Assembly (NCBI GenBank): GCA_964016885.1
Contig: OZ024740.1
Location: 81,468,001-81,532,000 of the forward strand
Direction: 5' to 3'
Source of the DNA: Eledone cirrhosa
Lineage: Eukaryota
DNA: 64,000 bases
Position 1 is the first letter of the stretch, and every line of letters starts with the position of its first letter. Both the position numbers and the translations under genes were made by a program. The notes below the pieces were generated by a model that worked only from the letters and a program-made list of their open reading frames with translations, was not told the origin of the DNA and did not search any database. This document shows positions 1-14,165 of this stretch, one piece after another.

Positions 1-270
1 ATTGATCTGATGTGCTCTGAGTATGGAAAGAATTGCTTGAGCAACAGTCGCAGCCATGTTCAAATAGAACCAGTGAAATATGTTCTCCACGGAATTGTGA
101 AGATTTACAGGCAACATGATACAAGATGTGAGGCCGGGGAGGTCCATAGTTATCGTCAATATGCGAAGGAGTGCAAGTCTCTAGCGGGCTTGAGAAGCCA
201 TATCCGAGCGTCATATATTTGAATTGATATTTTACGTCTTGCAATTGATGGTAGTGCTGTTCTCTAGATG
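1..270 (+). mobile_element. 3' remnant of RTE-type LINE with degenerate C2H2 zinc finger
   Basis: ORF 10-222 ends KECKSLAGLRSHIRA, matching the SLAGLKSH fingers at 788-1006 (minus) and 41036-41392. Confidence 0.55.
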
Positions 271-757
271 TTTATGTTTCTATATATAATCATAAAGCTT
301 TGAAAGCACTCGAACCCAACTGGAAGTCATATTATTTATTCTATTTAATAGATTCTCAATTTATTTCGAAGAAAAAGATGTACACACTGCCTGACATTTA
401 ACAGAAAACGCCTTATTTATTGCTTTACTGTACGTGACTCCAGTGACCCCGGCAGAGACAATAAGTTGAATGCCGTGGAGCATTTAGTATGTAAGCTTAT
501 CATATCTACTATCATCATCTCTCAGCACCCTATCTTTCAATTAATATATCAACTAGAAATATCATTTACGCTTTTCACATAAATTTGTCTCAGAATTGCA
601 CTCATTAGAGATTATGAATAAATGACTTGCCTTACGATCGGTCCTCATTACACAATGATTTGATAATATCTAGAATTATATATATTCATACATATGGCCT
701 CAGCAGGATGGAAGGAACAGGTAAGATTAAAATAATATGTATATATGTATATATATA

Positions 758-798
758 CTAGCAGAATGACCCGGCGTTGCTCGGGTTCTAAACATAGA
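758..798 (-). mobile_element. Helitron 3' terminus (possible 41-bp minimal element)
   Basis: Minus strand reads A^TCTATGTTTAGAACCCGAGCAACGCCGGGTCATTCTGCTAG^T; same hairpin and CTAG end as at 18465-18492 and 36587-36614. Confidence 0.75.
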
Positions 799-819
799 TT
801 GGCATATATATATATATAT

Positions 820-1429
820 ATGGTGGCTGCCAACTCGTTCTCGAGTACGGCCAATACTTTATATCCATGTAGGAGAACTCCTCCCGATGCGGTGAACGAG
901 TGTGACTTTTTAGTCCAGCCAGCGACTTGAAGACTCTGGTACAAACACTACATTTGTGACAATTATTGACACATTGTGGTGAGCCCATGGCACCATGTGA
1001 CGACAAGTGCAGAGAGATCTTCAGATATAAAGCAATGCCTGTGCTGTGAAGCTTTTATAGTGAGCAAAGGCACTGCACAAAGCCAGTCCCACTCTCTTAA
1101 CCAATATGATATTTACCAAAAAGAAGAACAAGTCAACATCATTGGATACCATCAGGGTTGCAGGTGTTATATCAGAGTTTTCCGTCTCCTAGAATTCTGC
1201 CTTGACAAAGGCTAAAGGGTCATCTCTCCCGGTGATGTTGGATTGCCATTGACTATTAAGAGCTCCTTTGTCTTTTGACAGGTTTTGTTTTTAGTCCTGC
1301 AGGATGTCCAAAGTCACCCTCCTCACCAAGAAACCTTGGTGGCGTTGCCAGTTTAGTCGCCAACCACCCGACCATGAGACAGGTTGTACTGGGATACATG
1401 TTTCCAGTAGCACGAAATGGTGACCTGAC

Positions 1430-1432
<3 letters not shown>
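820..1432 (-). mobile_element. Internally deleted non-autonomous RTE derivative (5' UTR joined to 3' zinc-finger end)
   Basis: 3' end ATTGGCCGTACTCGAGAACGAGTTGGCAGCCACCAT matches 41653-41686; encodes CSVCTRVFKSLAGLKSHTRSPH; 5' part has an RTE-leader-like TCTAGGAGACGGAAAACTCTGAT motif; both ends abut (TA)n. Confidence 0.6.
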
Positions 1433-1477
<45 letters not shown>

Positions 1478-1481
<4 letters not shown>

Positions 1482-1672
1482 TTAATATAGATGAGATTCT
1501 ACAGGACTAGAACTGTTTCATTCTTTAGAAATCATCAGGAGATTCCTGATGATTTCTAAAGAATGAAACAGTTCTAGTCCTGTAGAATCTCATCTATATT
1601 AAAACTTTTATACTCTGCTATGTATTGAGTACCTTACTTACTGTGGTTACCTCCGATTCAACCCGGAATAAC
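1478..1672 (+). mobile_element. PLE pseudo-LTR fragment, family A: perfect 63-bp-arm palindrome plus 3' tail
   Basis: Arms 1478-1540 and 1544-1606 with 3-nt spacer; homologous to 23929-24420 (minus) and 42290-42820 (plus); lies between TA tracts. Confidence 0.75.
1539..1591 (+). ncRNA. Type I hammerhead ribozyme, family A
   Basis: GAGATTC-CTGATGA-tTTCtaaaGAAt-GAA-ACAG ttctagtc CTGT-A-GAATCTC: 7-bp stem I, 4-bp stem III, GUA triplet, weak stem II. Confidence 0.75.
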
Positions 1673-1758
<86 letters not shown>

Positions 1759-1883
1759 ATATATACATATATATATGTGTGTGGGTGTGTGTGTGTACAT
1801 GTATATATATGTATATATATATACTTACATGTGTGGGTGTGGGTGGGTGTACATATATATATATATTGTGTGTGTGTATATAT

Positions 1884-1917
<34 letters not shown>

Positions 1918-1918
<1 letters not shown>

Positions 1919-2072
1919 CATGGACACACTGGAAGAGGAAGACCAAGGTTAACGTATGTTGATGCCCTAAGGACAGACACTGGTCTGTTGGAGACGCAGG
2001 ACATGGCGGCGATAATGAGGGACAGAGACCGCTGGAGAGAACTCGTCCATGGATCTCGGAAATTTTACCCGC
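1918..2072 (+). mobile_element. RTE/RTE-X LINE ORF C-terminal fragment
   Basis: [18 protein letters not shown]...[11 protein letters not shown] is the typical RTE-group terminus; embedded in microsatellite. Confidence 0.65.
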
Positions 2073-4214
2073 CCTAGATAGATAGAGATAGATATATTTC
2101 ATATGGTCTCTTCCTAACTAGATGTTATACTAATCAGTTGATTGTATGTATATATACGTACATTCATGACTCTTAAAGAAGCTTTCCTTTTGTAATTAAG
2201 AGATCTGCGTTCAAGAGAGTTTAATCTGAATAGTTAATTCAAATTCTCTTTGGCGAATTATAAGCAAATATTATAATTATGATAAACGTCAAGGAAAGTT
2301 TCTCGGAGCCCTTTCAATATTAGATGAATTTTCTGTATTTGATAGTCAATGATTTAATCAATATTGATATCGATCTCTATTTACTGTGTGCAGTTATTTT
2401 GGGAAGAATGAAATGTAGGTGAACACTACCTCTCTGAATCGACATTTTCATCAGGTATTTTATTTTAATTACTATTTCACTGGACAGGAGAATTATACCG
2501 AATACTTCAATTGAAATCAATTATGTTTCATAGGGACACATTAGAATAATAGATTGATTGCCATTACCAAGTTAGTATAACTGCAGTATTAAGTGGCGTA
2601 TTGCGAGAGTCGTTAGAATGTCGGATAAAATTATTTGCGCTATTCGTTCCGCTTATCTGCTTGCTGAGTTCAAAATCCTACCCAAGTCAACTTTGCCTTT
2701 CATCAATTCGAAATTGATAAATACCAGACTGATACTGGCTTCGACTCTTTTTGTATATTTCTTTATCACATCTATGTTCTCCCTCTCTATCCATCCCTGG
2801 AAGAAATATGCTATATCCAGACATAGAAACGCTGTATTTCAGCCACACACACACCGAAACCCATAGATGTTAGCGGAAAATGCATGTATTCTAACAGTGT
2901 TAATGTATTCAATTTTTAAGGCGTGGGATCACATCTCAAATCTTCTAATAAAATTCCGTTTCATGCAACATCATACATTCTATCTAGATATTATTTAGAT
3001 ACAAGTATTCTCGGGTATAACGCTTCATATGATACTACATATCTTCCAGGTCTTAAAAAATAATGAATAGTTATGTTGTATAGTTGGAAGGGGAGGGGAG
3101 TCACACTGAACTCATTCGTCGTTATTCACGTGGTATTTAAATTATTAATGGAAGTTAATCCATCCATTTAAGTATCAGTACACATTTACTTTTGGATTAC
3201 TTGCATGGTTCAAAAGTTACATTTAAATTGATTAGTGATGTAAGGAAAAACACAACTATTTTCCCTAAATATTATATATCGATCATTGTAAAACAATTTA
3301 AATGTTAGTTTCCTATTATGATAGTTGAACAATGTAGAGTTGGGTTATGTTATATATATATAAAATGTGTATCTATGCTCGTTATGTATTCTCGTGCGGG
3401 AAAATATGTTGATATAAATGAAAACAAGTTACATATTTATAGTGTGAACGCAATTCTGTAAAATAATATATCGAATGAAATTAGACATATTTATGTGTGT
3501 ACTGAAAGCCAAAAGCAATTTGTAGTACCAATAGCATGTGTAGAGTAGGGGATACGGTAGAAATATCTATTTCTTTATTAGGTGCAGACGTCCAATAAAC
3601 TGAGCCGTTTTTGACAACCATACCGGTACCAAAGGAAGGAGTGCAGTTAATAAAGTTAGCTAGATTAACCTGGCATTTACATCCAATGATGGTCAGAATT
3701 CTTCATGCGTTCACGTAAGTTCAAACGTCAAGGAATCCTATGTTATAATAAGACTAGCAGTAAAGCTCGGCGTTGCTCAGGGCTGCTCAGTAGTTGTGTT
3801 AAAGTTACAATGTTAAGTCCCTTTCTTGGTTTAAAAACTATAGAATCTACAGTGTAGACTTTCATATGGTACTTTTGATTAATATTCCCTCAACCAACAG
3901 TATGCCTTATGAAGTTAAGAAAACATAACCATAACCCGAATGTTAAAACAAAAGAGGATGCTGGGGATAAAAACTTCACTGGTAATCTATTAACAAAAAT
4001 CGAAAGCGTAAACACTGCAACACTTGTCTCAGAGAAAAACATCAGCGTAACCAAACTATCAGTTATTTTGAAACAAAGAAATTGGATGGACATGAAAAAC
4101 AAAAGAAAAATGCGTTATCCGAAGTTGAGGGGGCAGGCAGCATCAAAGAGGTTCGCACCTGTGATAAAAAAATATTGACAATGTAATAGCGTACATGTTT
4201 ACCAAAAAGAAACC

Positions 4215-7200
4215 CTATAAAACCTCACGGTATACAATATTCTTTGTTTTTCTGTTTGGAGCAAAAGCAAAGAGGTTGTTCCAGCTGCAAACTCTAGAAC
4301 ATCCAACGTAGAATTGTCCATGTGAAAAACATGGCTCCTCCAGTTGAAGTCCTGCCACTGATAAAGTATGATCCTGGGACTTGTTGATGGACATAGAAAT
4401 GGCAGCACGAAGGGGAAATTGTGTTCTTTTAAAATAATAGTGTGCATCCACTCCTGATGTAGTAAGAGTTACCGTAGGTATTAAAACATATTCTCCTTTT
4501 CCACACCCCGACATAATCGTAGCATAAATAATGTGCTGTGACTTCCTATTGACAACAAGGCGTGTACCATTGCAAAGCTTGGGAGGGGTTATATTCCTGA
4601 GAAGTATAACTGGACATCCTTCCTTGAGAGACAAATATGTTGAGGTAGACCGGAAATATCCAATGAATTGAGGAATTCAATGGGATAATTGACCGCATCA
4701 TGTGCATCAACATTGGTATCAATAGACTTAAAAGTCTTATCATTTCCAGGAAGACTTTCAAGCATTTGGTGGTTAATGGCGGAGTCAATGACATTAGTAG
4801 TAGCTAAGATAGCCCTCTGACAGTCATGTATGATTGTGGTAATTATCTGCCAAGTTGGGAAAAACGGCTTTCTTTAGATATTCGACCGTGTTAAGCAGAC
4901 AGCATATATTGTCGAGTGCAATGTCTCCATGCACATCTGAAAGGGATTTGCCGTCGCCAACATTGAGAAGGTCTTCAGCAAATTTTTCAGACACAGTATC
5001 GCCATCCAGTTGAACACGCATGTTAGTGGTCAGACGAAGTATTGTTACCTGTTGCCAGAATGGAGAAGACTTCAGGCAGACTTCTGGTGCCCTTTAACCG
5101 GCAAAATATGTCGAAAGTTCCCTGAAAGCAAAATAGTCACCCCCCCCATCCCCTGGTCTCCTGACGGTCTCTAATGTCTTTCAGTGTTCTATCTAAGGCC
5201 TCAATAGCTCCTTTGTGGGCCATGGTGCATTCATCCCACACAATCAGTTGGCACGGTCGTAGCAGTTCTGCTCTCGGACTATCCTTGGTGATGTCACAGA
5301 GCGGTGTTTCAGCTGATACCAAGTTAAGCGGAAGCTTAAAGGTAGAGTGTGCTGTCCTGCCGCCAGGAAGTAGTGTTGCTGCAATACCGGATGATGCAAC
5401 GGCTATTGCAATAACTTCATTCTGTCTAACTTTGACAAGAAGAAGTTTAGTAACAAAAGCTTTTCCAGCGCCTCCAGGGCATCAAGACAGAATATACCAC
5501 CCCATCGATGAAATACATAGTCGGTGATGGTGTTGTATGCAAATTGCTGATCGGGAAGTAGTTTTGGTTCCATTTCAAACACATATCTAGCTAGAGTGTC
5601 GACATCATAAGATGTTTCTTGGATCATGAGAGTTGGAATTTTATTAGAATCAGTGCGGTGGGTTTGTGGCAGACCGTATGCTGGCAAGGCATTCCCACCC
5701 ATAAGTAAAATCCTGTCCTCTATGTCTATAAGCCCTTTATTGTATAAATCATCACTGAAATCTACTTTTATGTCAGGAAGTAGTAGTTGAGTTTGGTGCA
5801 GGAAGTCCTCAGGCAGTTGGTTCCGAAACGTCAACCATAATATGTAGGGATCACAAATGTTACATAAGTGAAGAATCTTTGCAAATAGCTCTTGTAGGCT
5901 TCCAGCTGAGTGTGATGAAGCGTTCTCCGCCAATGTTGCATCCCATTGTGAGTCATATTCAAGCATTCCACAAGCCAAACAGGAATCTCTGCATGTAGAC
6001 CAAACACGATTACCGTAAGTTCTGAGGTCCTGAAAACTGGTCGGTCCTTTGACCTCATGCAGTAGAATTCGAAGATAGAAGCACTCGTGTTGATTTGGAG
6101 GAATCGTATACACTCACCCCAAAGAAATTAGCTATTTTGATCCCGGGAACTCCAATAACTGGTTGGCCAGTCTTTCTGCGACTCCATGTTTTTTTTATTC
6201 CATGTGTAGTATGATGGCACCTGAGGATACAGCAATGATTTTGCGAAGTCATCGTATTCGTACAATTTGAAAAATCCAGTTAAAGTTGTCTCCCTTGGGG
6301 TCTTTGCTAATTCAGCGGCATTTTTGTTGGCATAGTACATCAGTTGACCGTGTTCTAGGTGTACATCTCATTTACAATTGAAGGGTGCCTATCATGTATT
6401 GGAAAACCGAGGATTCCCCAAAAGACCTCGCTACTACTCTGTAGCGCCCTACTTAGAATTGCGTTACTTCGTTCCTATTGTCTTCGTTGAGTATACCGAA
6501 CGAAGCAGCGTCAGAACCTTTATTAACATACTTACATATGTATTTGATGCACTTGACGGAGCTGCAGATTTCAACATTAATGTGTGCGTTGAAAGTACTT
6601 AACAGGAGTGGGAAATAGGGAATGATCCATCGGTTGTCAACCTCGCTATTCTTAACCCTTCCTGCAAAACCTCCCTCTTCAGGTCGCCTACGTCTATATA
6701 ATGGGTAGCCATCATTGCCAGTATGAGTATCGCGAATAAATTGACGGGGACATTTTTTAGTGCATCTGTTATTGCCTGCAACGCATGGTAAATCAGTTCT
6801 AAAGCCAGACCCACATGGACCATGCACCATATGTGCCCTAACTTTCATGTACAAGTCCTTGTCAGTGGAAGGATCAGGTAATTCTACAGAGATGATCCTG
6901 TCAATATCGTTAGAACTAACCTTTGTTGTCAGCCAAATAAGAATATGAGAATGGGGGAGGCCTCTTTTTTGCTATTCGATTGTGTACATGTGACATTGAC
7001 CTGGTCCGAAAACCTCACCTAATTTGATAAGATCCATAAGCTTAAATAACTTAAGACGGAATACTCTAGCCGCGAGCTCATGTCGGAGTGTGGCGTTCTG
7101 ACCAGGAAGGAGTTCGCTCTATATCTCCTTCCAATTGGGGTTACAAGTAAAAGTTATAAATAAGTCTGGCCTGCCGTAATGTCGTACAATAGTCATGGCG

Positions 7201-8475
7201 TCCTGAGTCCTTTCATGCATATATCGAGGGCTTCCCGTGAAGGTAGATGGCAGAATGCATACTTTTCCAAGACTCTCAGGATCCGCATCATTGTTCATTC
7301 CATCACGAAGGTGTATGTAACTGTCATAACGCAACTTTTTTTTATTGAGTTTGATAAAATACAATCTCTCAGATTCCATTTTTGCACACATGTCAGTTGC
7401 ATACTGGTTGAAAAGGTCATTAGAGCGATGGAGGTAACTAAAACAGTCATCTCGGATCATGAATCGGAATGCATAGAAGTCCTTGCATGAAACTGTTTTG
7501 GTAGAATGAACCTCTGAATTGGTAGATTTACATTGTGGAATGCCAAAATAGTATCCGTCCTCTCCATATACAAATAGCAGCGGGTATTGGAGTACGTCGT
7601 TATGATATGTGTGTTTCATTGATCCGTTGAAGTCTGTGATCGTGATGCTTGATAAAAATGTCACGTTTATTGTGCTGATCACCAGCGAGAAGTATTGCAA
7701 TGAAGGTGAATTATAGCGGCCTGCATGTTCTCCTGCATGTAGCCAAGTTGACCTTACCACTAGAGCAGCACATTCCGGCTGGTTCACCCGGCCACTCTTT
7801 GGCTTTGCAAAACTAGCAAATTTCAGACATGCCACCGATTTGAATATGAGGGTGTGTATCATAATTATTAGCAGGGACATAATTGAAATCCTTCAATGAC
7901 CATTGTGATTTCGCAGCCCTCGAAGTACCCCGCTTATTGGCTTTATACTAACCCCCCTCCCTCCCCCACCGTCGAATAGTCCGGATAGCTGCTGTCTCCG
8001 CTTGTCGCGCAGCTGCCGTTGCAGCCGCGTCTCTGGTCTGACGAAGATCACGTTCAACATCATTCTCTGCAGCACGCGCAACTGCCGTAGCAGCCGCATC
8101 TCTGCTCTGACGAAGATCACGTTCAAGATCATACTCTGTAGCTCGCGCAGCTGCTTTGCCTTTGCATTTCTTGCAAGCCGAGTTTGATGTTCCTCGTTAT
8201 TCACTGCAGCATGTGGAGGATGCAGTTGAAGAAGCATGTCTGGTGCGTCGAAGTAAACACTCGTCATAATTCTCAGTTGCATGCGAAGATACAATGGAGG
8301 CAGAATTTCTGGCCCGTCGACTCAAGCAATGCTCATCGATAGACAGATCTGTCAGATTCACTGAACACCCCACAATTTGATGCAGTCTAATGCTTGACGA
8401 CGCCTCAGTCAGCCTCCTTCTTTTCGTTATCTGAGACCGCGTCAGTCGTAATAAGGGCATCTTCTTTTTAGGCAT
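4215..8475 (-). pseudogene. Helitron RepHel (HUH Rep + PIF1 helicase) pseudogene with many frameshifts
   Basis: LPSTFTGSPRYM, YGRPDLFITFTCNPNW, HUH motif KRGLPHSHILIW (~6935-6970), IKYICKYVNKG, LLPGGRTAHS, IVWDEC, LCNGTRL, INKSQ. Confidence 0.95.
8000..8160 (-). repeat. 69-bp (23-codon) STPR-like repeats in RepHel N-terminus
   Basis: CTGACGAAGATCACGTTCAA recurs at 8038 and 8107 (period 69); minus frame reads ENDVERDLRQ..RDAAATA..R. Confidence 0.75.
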
Positions 8476-10429
8476 CAGGGTGGCGAGCACGATATGACAA
8501 AGGAATCTGACAAATGTATCTTAAATATAAAACAATCCAAAAAATATGTTTTGCGAATCATTCAATTTTGAAAATCAATTCGTCTAATGAGAAATGCACC
8601 TAAAATCCTAGAAAATATCATAGATGCATTATTTACAAAGTCATCTTTACACGAACATGCAGGGTAACCAATAATGTTGGCACTGCCCTTCTTTAACTTT
8701 GTTATAATTCAGTGATAACAGTGATTCAAAGGAAATTTAAACTTTTTTGAGAATCAAAATTGCACATAAGGCATAACATCAATATATCAATAAAATCGGT
8801 TATGGTAATCAGGAGTTACTTGAAGCCGAACATTAAAAACATGGCAGCTTAAAAAATTGCTCGATTTCTTTTTATGTAACTTTTTATCAGATTTTGACTG
8901 CATTTCTTAACCGATTATCATTTTACTGAAGAAATAGATGCGAAATAGTTAGGGCTTTGGTAAAAAATATCTAAGTGTGGAAATCACTTGCATGGATGGT
9001 GAGCTAAAGCTGATAAAAGAGTCAGTAGGGTTTTTTACGTCGCCTTGTACGTCGAGCCGAAATGCACAAAAATGGGGCATGGGGGAAATAATGACTTCTT
9101 ATTTGGATTGAAATTACTCAGATTTACTTGAATTTGCTATTTTAGTTTGTGCAAAACTTTTGTGCTGGCCAAGCGTCAATAGTAATTAACTGCATACCTA
9201 CTCCCCCCCCCCCGGTATATACATGAATCCTAAAACAAACAATCCGTCCATATTTCCTTCAAGATAAAAAGAAATTAAAGTAAATTTAGCCTTATAAGAT
9301 CGCAAAATTAATTTAAGTAGAAGGCCTAACCGCCAACGCCATAGCAAAATCAAACAATAATTGAAAACTGAAAATATTCCAAACGTTTAATAGGGAAGGT
9401 TTAACTTACCAAGTAATGAGGTCGCTGACCTTTTAACGCTTTGTAGCATACAAAGGTAGTACAGTTAAAATGAAGCTACTAAACAAATCGAACCATCAAT
9501 TGAAATTCAATTTGAATGGCATCTACTTATTCTGACAAGAATCGAAATATCTAATCGTCTGCAAGTGCTGGAAATTTCTTATCGTCTGCGCGTTCCATAG
9601 AAGGGAAATAACCCGTCTCTCATCTCTATTTATACATTTGAACTGAAAAATCAGTGCATTACAAATTCGATTTTTGTACTTGGCGTGGGTCATTTTGAAA
9701 ATGTTTTTGAGCAATGTCTCCGCCGGACCTTCATCTATAAGTGTAGCAATTTCACCGAAATTTGAATGTACGGTGTAGGAGGCGATATGTGCCGACAGTT
9801 TTAGTAGACAGACAGACATACAGCCAGACAGACAGACAACCTCAGCTTTATATGGAGATTATTATGAAGAACGGAAAATAGAAACAAAATGGGAAGTTTG
9901 ATAGGTAATTGAAATTAACTACCTAAAATATCAGTTTAAAACGGTAATTTTAGATGCCTTGTTTTACATAAATTTTTGTTCGTTTTGTTTAGTTTCGAAT
10001 AGCCATTGTGATATTGTTAATTCACGTCTTCTATAGAATATATGGTCGAAAGCATAAATGATGGCAGTAGAAATCATTTACAAATGCAAGAGGTAACTTG
10101 CAATGATAGTTGTAAACTAATTTTAGATTCAGCAAATTAATAAAATGCAATAAACGAATTATATTAATGAGTAATATTATGTTGTCAGAATATAACAAAA
10201 TATGCCTCATGCGCAGCATCAATTATGAAGCATATAACCTTATCCGTAATCTAAAACATGCATCGGACACAGTAGGAGAATGTACGGGGAGAACGTTTTT
10301 TGGTTTTGTATGGTTAATGTTTACAATAATGGTATAGCTATGCGGGAAAATTGAAATCTATACAAATATATAAAAACATGCAGAAGATCAGACTGCGTTA
10401 TATACATTCTGTATACATACAAAAACGCA

Positions 10430-11600
10430 TTCATCATTAACATCCCATACCCTATCACTCCGGCGACATATCATTCGTTCCTTCCGCACCCTTCCTTCTG
10501 ACTCCATTACTTTTGTTTTTTTCTAACCCACATATTACCGCATTTAAGCGCGCCCGTAACCTCCGCGACATCCTGGTACGAGGTTCCTTCTCGTTCTCTC
10601 CTAAGACTCAACCCGTCTCTCATCCTTGTTCTCGTCCCCACTGCAACACGTTTCTTTTCATTTCCACACTCACCACTCTTTCAGGCCCTAACGGGTCATT
10701 GCGTATCCGCCACTCCTTCATCTGCAGATCCACTCACGTTGCCTATCCCTCCAGTGTTCCCTTTGCGAATCCTTATACATCGGAGAAACGGGGCGTCGTA
10801 TAGCTGACCGTTTTGCTGAGCATTTGAGGGACATACGACTTGGTTTGGATGCTCCTGTTGCCTGTCTTTTCCGTTCTCCTGGTCACTTTTCCCTACATGT
10901 CTCAGTCATGTGTGTGTCCTTTTATATCACAGATCACAGGCCACACGCACCAGGACTGAACAGAGTCTGATTTACCGCCTTGGGTCCTGTTTCCCTCATG
11001 GACTCAATTCACCTTCCCAATTTCTTTAATACCCCATCCATTATCACACACGCGCTTGTTCATTCACACCTAAATTCCTGTGGCTCTTTTGTGGTCAGAA
11101 ACATATACTCTTACAGCTCATACAGACCAATAAATATGCACACCCCACTTTTCACTACACAGTTCTGTACACACACATACACACCCTTATATTAACCTAG
11201 TTTTGCTCTTAGCCTCGTACTTACAAGCACATAACTCTCTTCTACTGACATAGACACACTCATATCCTCTTAGCTTCGTACGGACTTATAATAACACACT
11301 GACATGCGCACAGAGGTATAGCTCTTTATAAAATACGATTTCCTTTCCACTTCCATTTTCCATTTCCATTTCCACTTTTCTAAAAAAAATATATCATACA
11401 CAAAGCACCAGCATCAACTGTTTTCCAAGAGATGTTATTTTTATCTAAAGATATTTTTTCTAATTCCACCCCGCCCGTACCTTCAATCCAACTTATTTCT
11501 CTGATGAAGGACTGGCGTCCGAAACGTTAAGACCCTCTTTCTTCTAGTTCAAGCGTTAACCTAATATATCCCTTCCATATACTGTACCGATTGTGTTGTT
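10430..11600 (+). mobile_element. Decayed PLE 3' portion (Neptune-like GIY-YIG) with pseudo-LTR
   Basis: AFKRARNLRDILV, PCSRPHC, YIGETGRR (~10776), RFAEHL; HHR motif downstream. Confidence 0.8.
11498..11532 (+). ncRNA. Minimal PLE-type hammerhead motif
   Basis: TCT-CTGATGA-aGGAC tggc GTCC-GAAACGTTA-AGA; palindromic AACGTT stem III region, only 3-bp stem I. Confidence 0.65.
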
Positions 11601-11613
11601 ATTTCTGTTTACC

Positions 11614-12075
<462 letters not shown>

Positions 12076-12459
12076 GTAATATAATCAGACATAATACTAT
12101 CGATTATTATTTTTCTCTAAAAAACTCTCACACAAAGAATATCGTTTTAAACGATTTCAATGTAGGCGAATAAATATGTGTCAGACAATTAATCTGAATG
12201 AACTACAAAGACAATTCATTACAAATTACTCTTTCATCTAATTTACATCTATCAAGTACGTATTGTTTAAATGTGTGTCTCAGCATGATTTCACTCAATA
12301 TAATTAATTACTATGGAGATTATAATACTGCATACAGACACACAAACACACACACGTGCACACACAGACGTGCACACACACACACTCACGTGTACACACC
12401 ACACACACACATATATATTTATATATATATATATAGAGAGAGATATTGGTAAGACACTC

Positions 12460-14165
12460 TTAGGGGAGCTGGAAGCAGAAGAAAATCAGAGAGGAAAACT
12501 TACGGGGCGCAGCCGCATCCGTGTCATGATACGTGGGTGCCCTTTCGTGGGTGGTGAGACGTCAGCAGTGTGCTCTCCGCCGCTAAGTCTACAACGATGA
12601 CTTATTCAGGGTTACATTACTATGCTTTTACGTGATCCACGTAACATGTATACACCTCTTGACTCCCACATTTTTTCGAAAACCATCCGCTATGTAAATA
12701 TGTAATCGGGCGGGCTTCGGGGCGAAAACTCCTGCGATCCCATTGTTTCTCACCTTTCTTGGACTTAATGATGTTGGAGGTCACCCGGCTCACGGAAGCC
12801 AGGAACAAATGTCTTAATTTGAGGATTTTCGCATCTCGATTCGAATGTTATCCACCCCAAAGACGTCGCCACATTTGAGCGCTTCGTATGCTCTAGAGAC
12901 AAGAATCTCGAAGAAATTAGGTTTTACATCTGGATGCTCCTCATGTACAGCAGGAATGGTCTTGTGTTTGGATTTAGCAGATAAGCAAAGTATTCTCTCC
13001 ATCTCGCGAGGGAATATATCTTTTTACAAAGAAACACTCCAGACATGTAACTGATGGTAGATTTAGAGAGAGATCTCTTATTGCGAAGGCTTAACATAGG
13101 ACACTTTTACTGTTTCTCTTGGTTCCATTGCTATATAACTTCTTCTTCTTCTTCTTCTTCTTGATTTTACCCCTATTTCTCTTCTGATTACTGGATGCTG
13201 AAGCTGAAACATTACTGTAATTCTAGCTCTTAATTCAGCTTCCCACATTCCATCACCTGTGAACATCTCCGAGATATTGAAATTCTCCACCTGCTTCAGT
13301 GGATCACAATTCACACGTAGAGGGCACTGCGCCGCAGACTTCCTTGGGAGGAGGAGTGTCTAGTTTTCGCAGCACTGATTTCCAGCCATGCATCACGCAA
13401 CATCTCACCTATAAAGTGCCTGTCAGAGATCACGTTGTATCAAGTTAAGAAACACCATGTCGTCTGCAAATTCCAGTCGACTGATTTAAAACCTGCCATT
13501 CATGATACCACTTCCAACCCGACTGCGCATAGCAATACTATTCGTGTAAATAATGGACTGCAGTGGTAAGAATATGCATCCAAGGCGGAGTGCGATTCTC
13601 AAATTGAAGGATTTCGATTTAGCACCATCTATCCGAACAAAAATACGCGGACGTTTGTACAGAGACATCAGGACAGGAATAAGCTGAGCATCGATCACAT
13701 ACTCTTGCACAACCTTCCACAGAAGGCTCCGAGTAACGCCGTCATATGCCTTTTCAAAGTCTACAAAATATGAATATACATACTGGCAATAATTCCATGA
13801 TTTCTCGAAGACCTGTCGCAGAATGAATATTTGGTTGGCTGCGCTGCGTCCAGGGCGGAAACCGTACTGTTCGACAGCTAGCTTGGACTCAACCATATCC
13901 CTGCATCTCTTTCCCAGACATTTAGTGTAGACTTTACTGGGGACATTTAACAAAGAGATCCCTCTGTAATTAGAAGAATCCTTTTTGACTCCGTTTTTGA
14001 AAATTGAGATTATCGTTCCTGATTGCCAGCACTTAGCTGCCTTTCGAAAGGTCCAGGCTACCCGGCATACATTAATATGCCAGAGAAAACCTTCTATATT
14101 TAAGGCTTTTAACATCACGGGCTGGATTTCATCTTCCCCAGCGGCCTTGACACAGTAACATACAT
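12460..14165 (-). mobile_element. 5'-truncated RTE-clade LINE, RT pseudogene
   Basis: NYRGISLLNVPSKVY, QYGFRPGRS, FVDFEKAYD, FADD at ~13458-13469; stops and frameshifts. Confidence 0.88.

Larger units (their letters stand above)
3754..9858 (-). mobile_element. Helitron 1, near full length, decayed
   Basis: 5' A^TCTCCATATAAAGCTGAGG at 9858; 3' CTGAGCAACGCCGAGC hairpin and GCTAG^T at 3754; contains RepHel pseudogene. Confidence 0.92.

Noticed and set aside
3909-4178. 89-aa plus-strand ORF in the Helitron 1 3' region
   Set aside because: Antisense to the element, no domain similarity recognised
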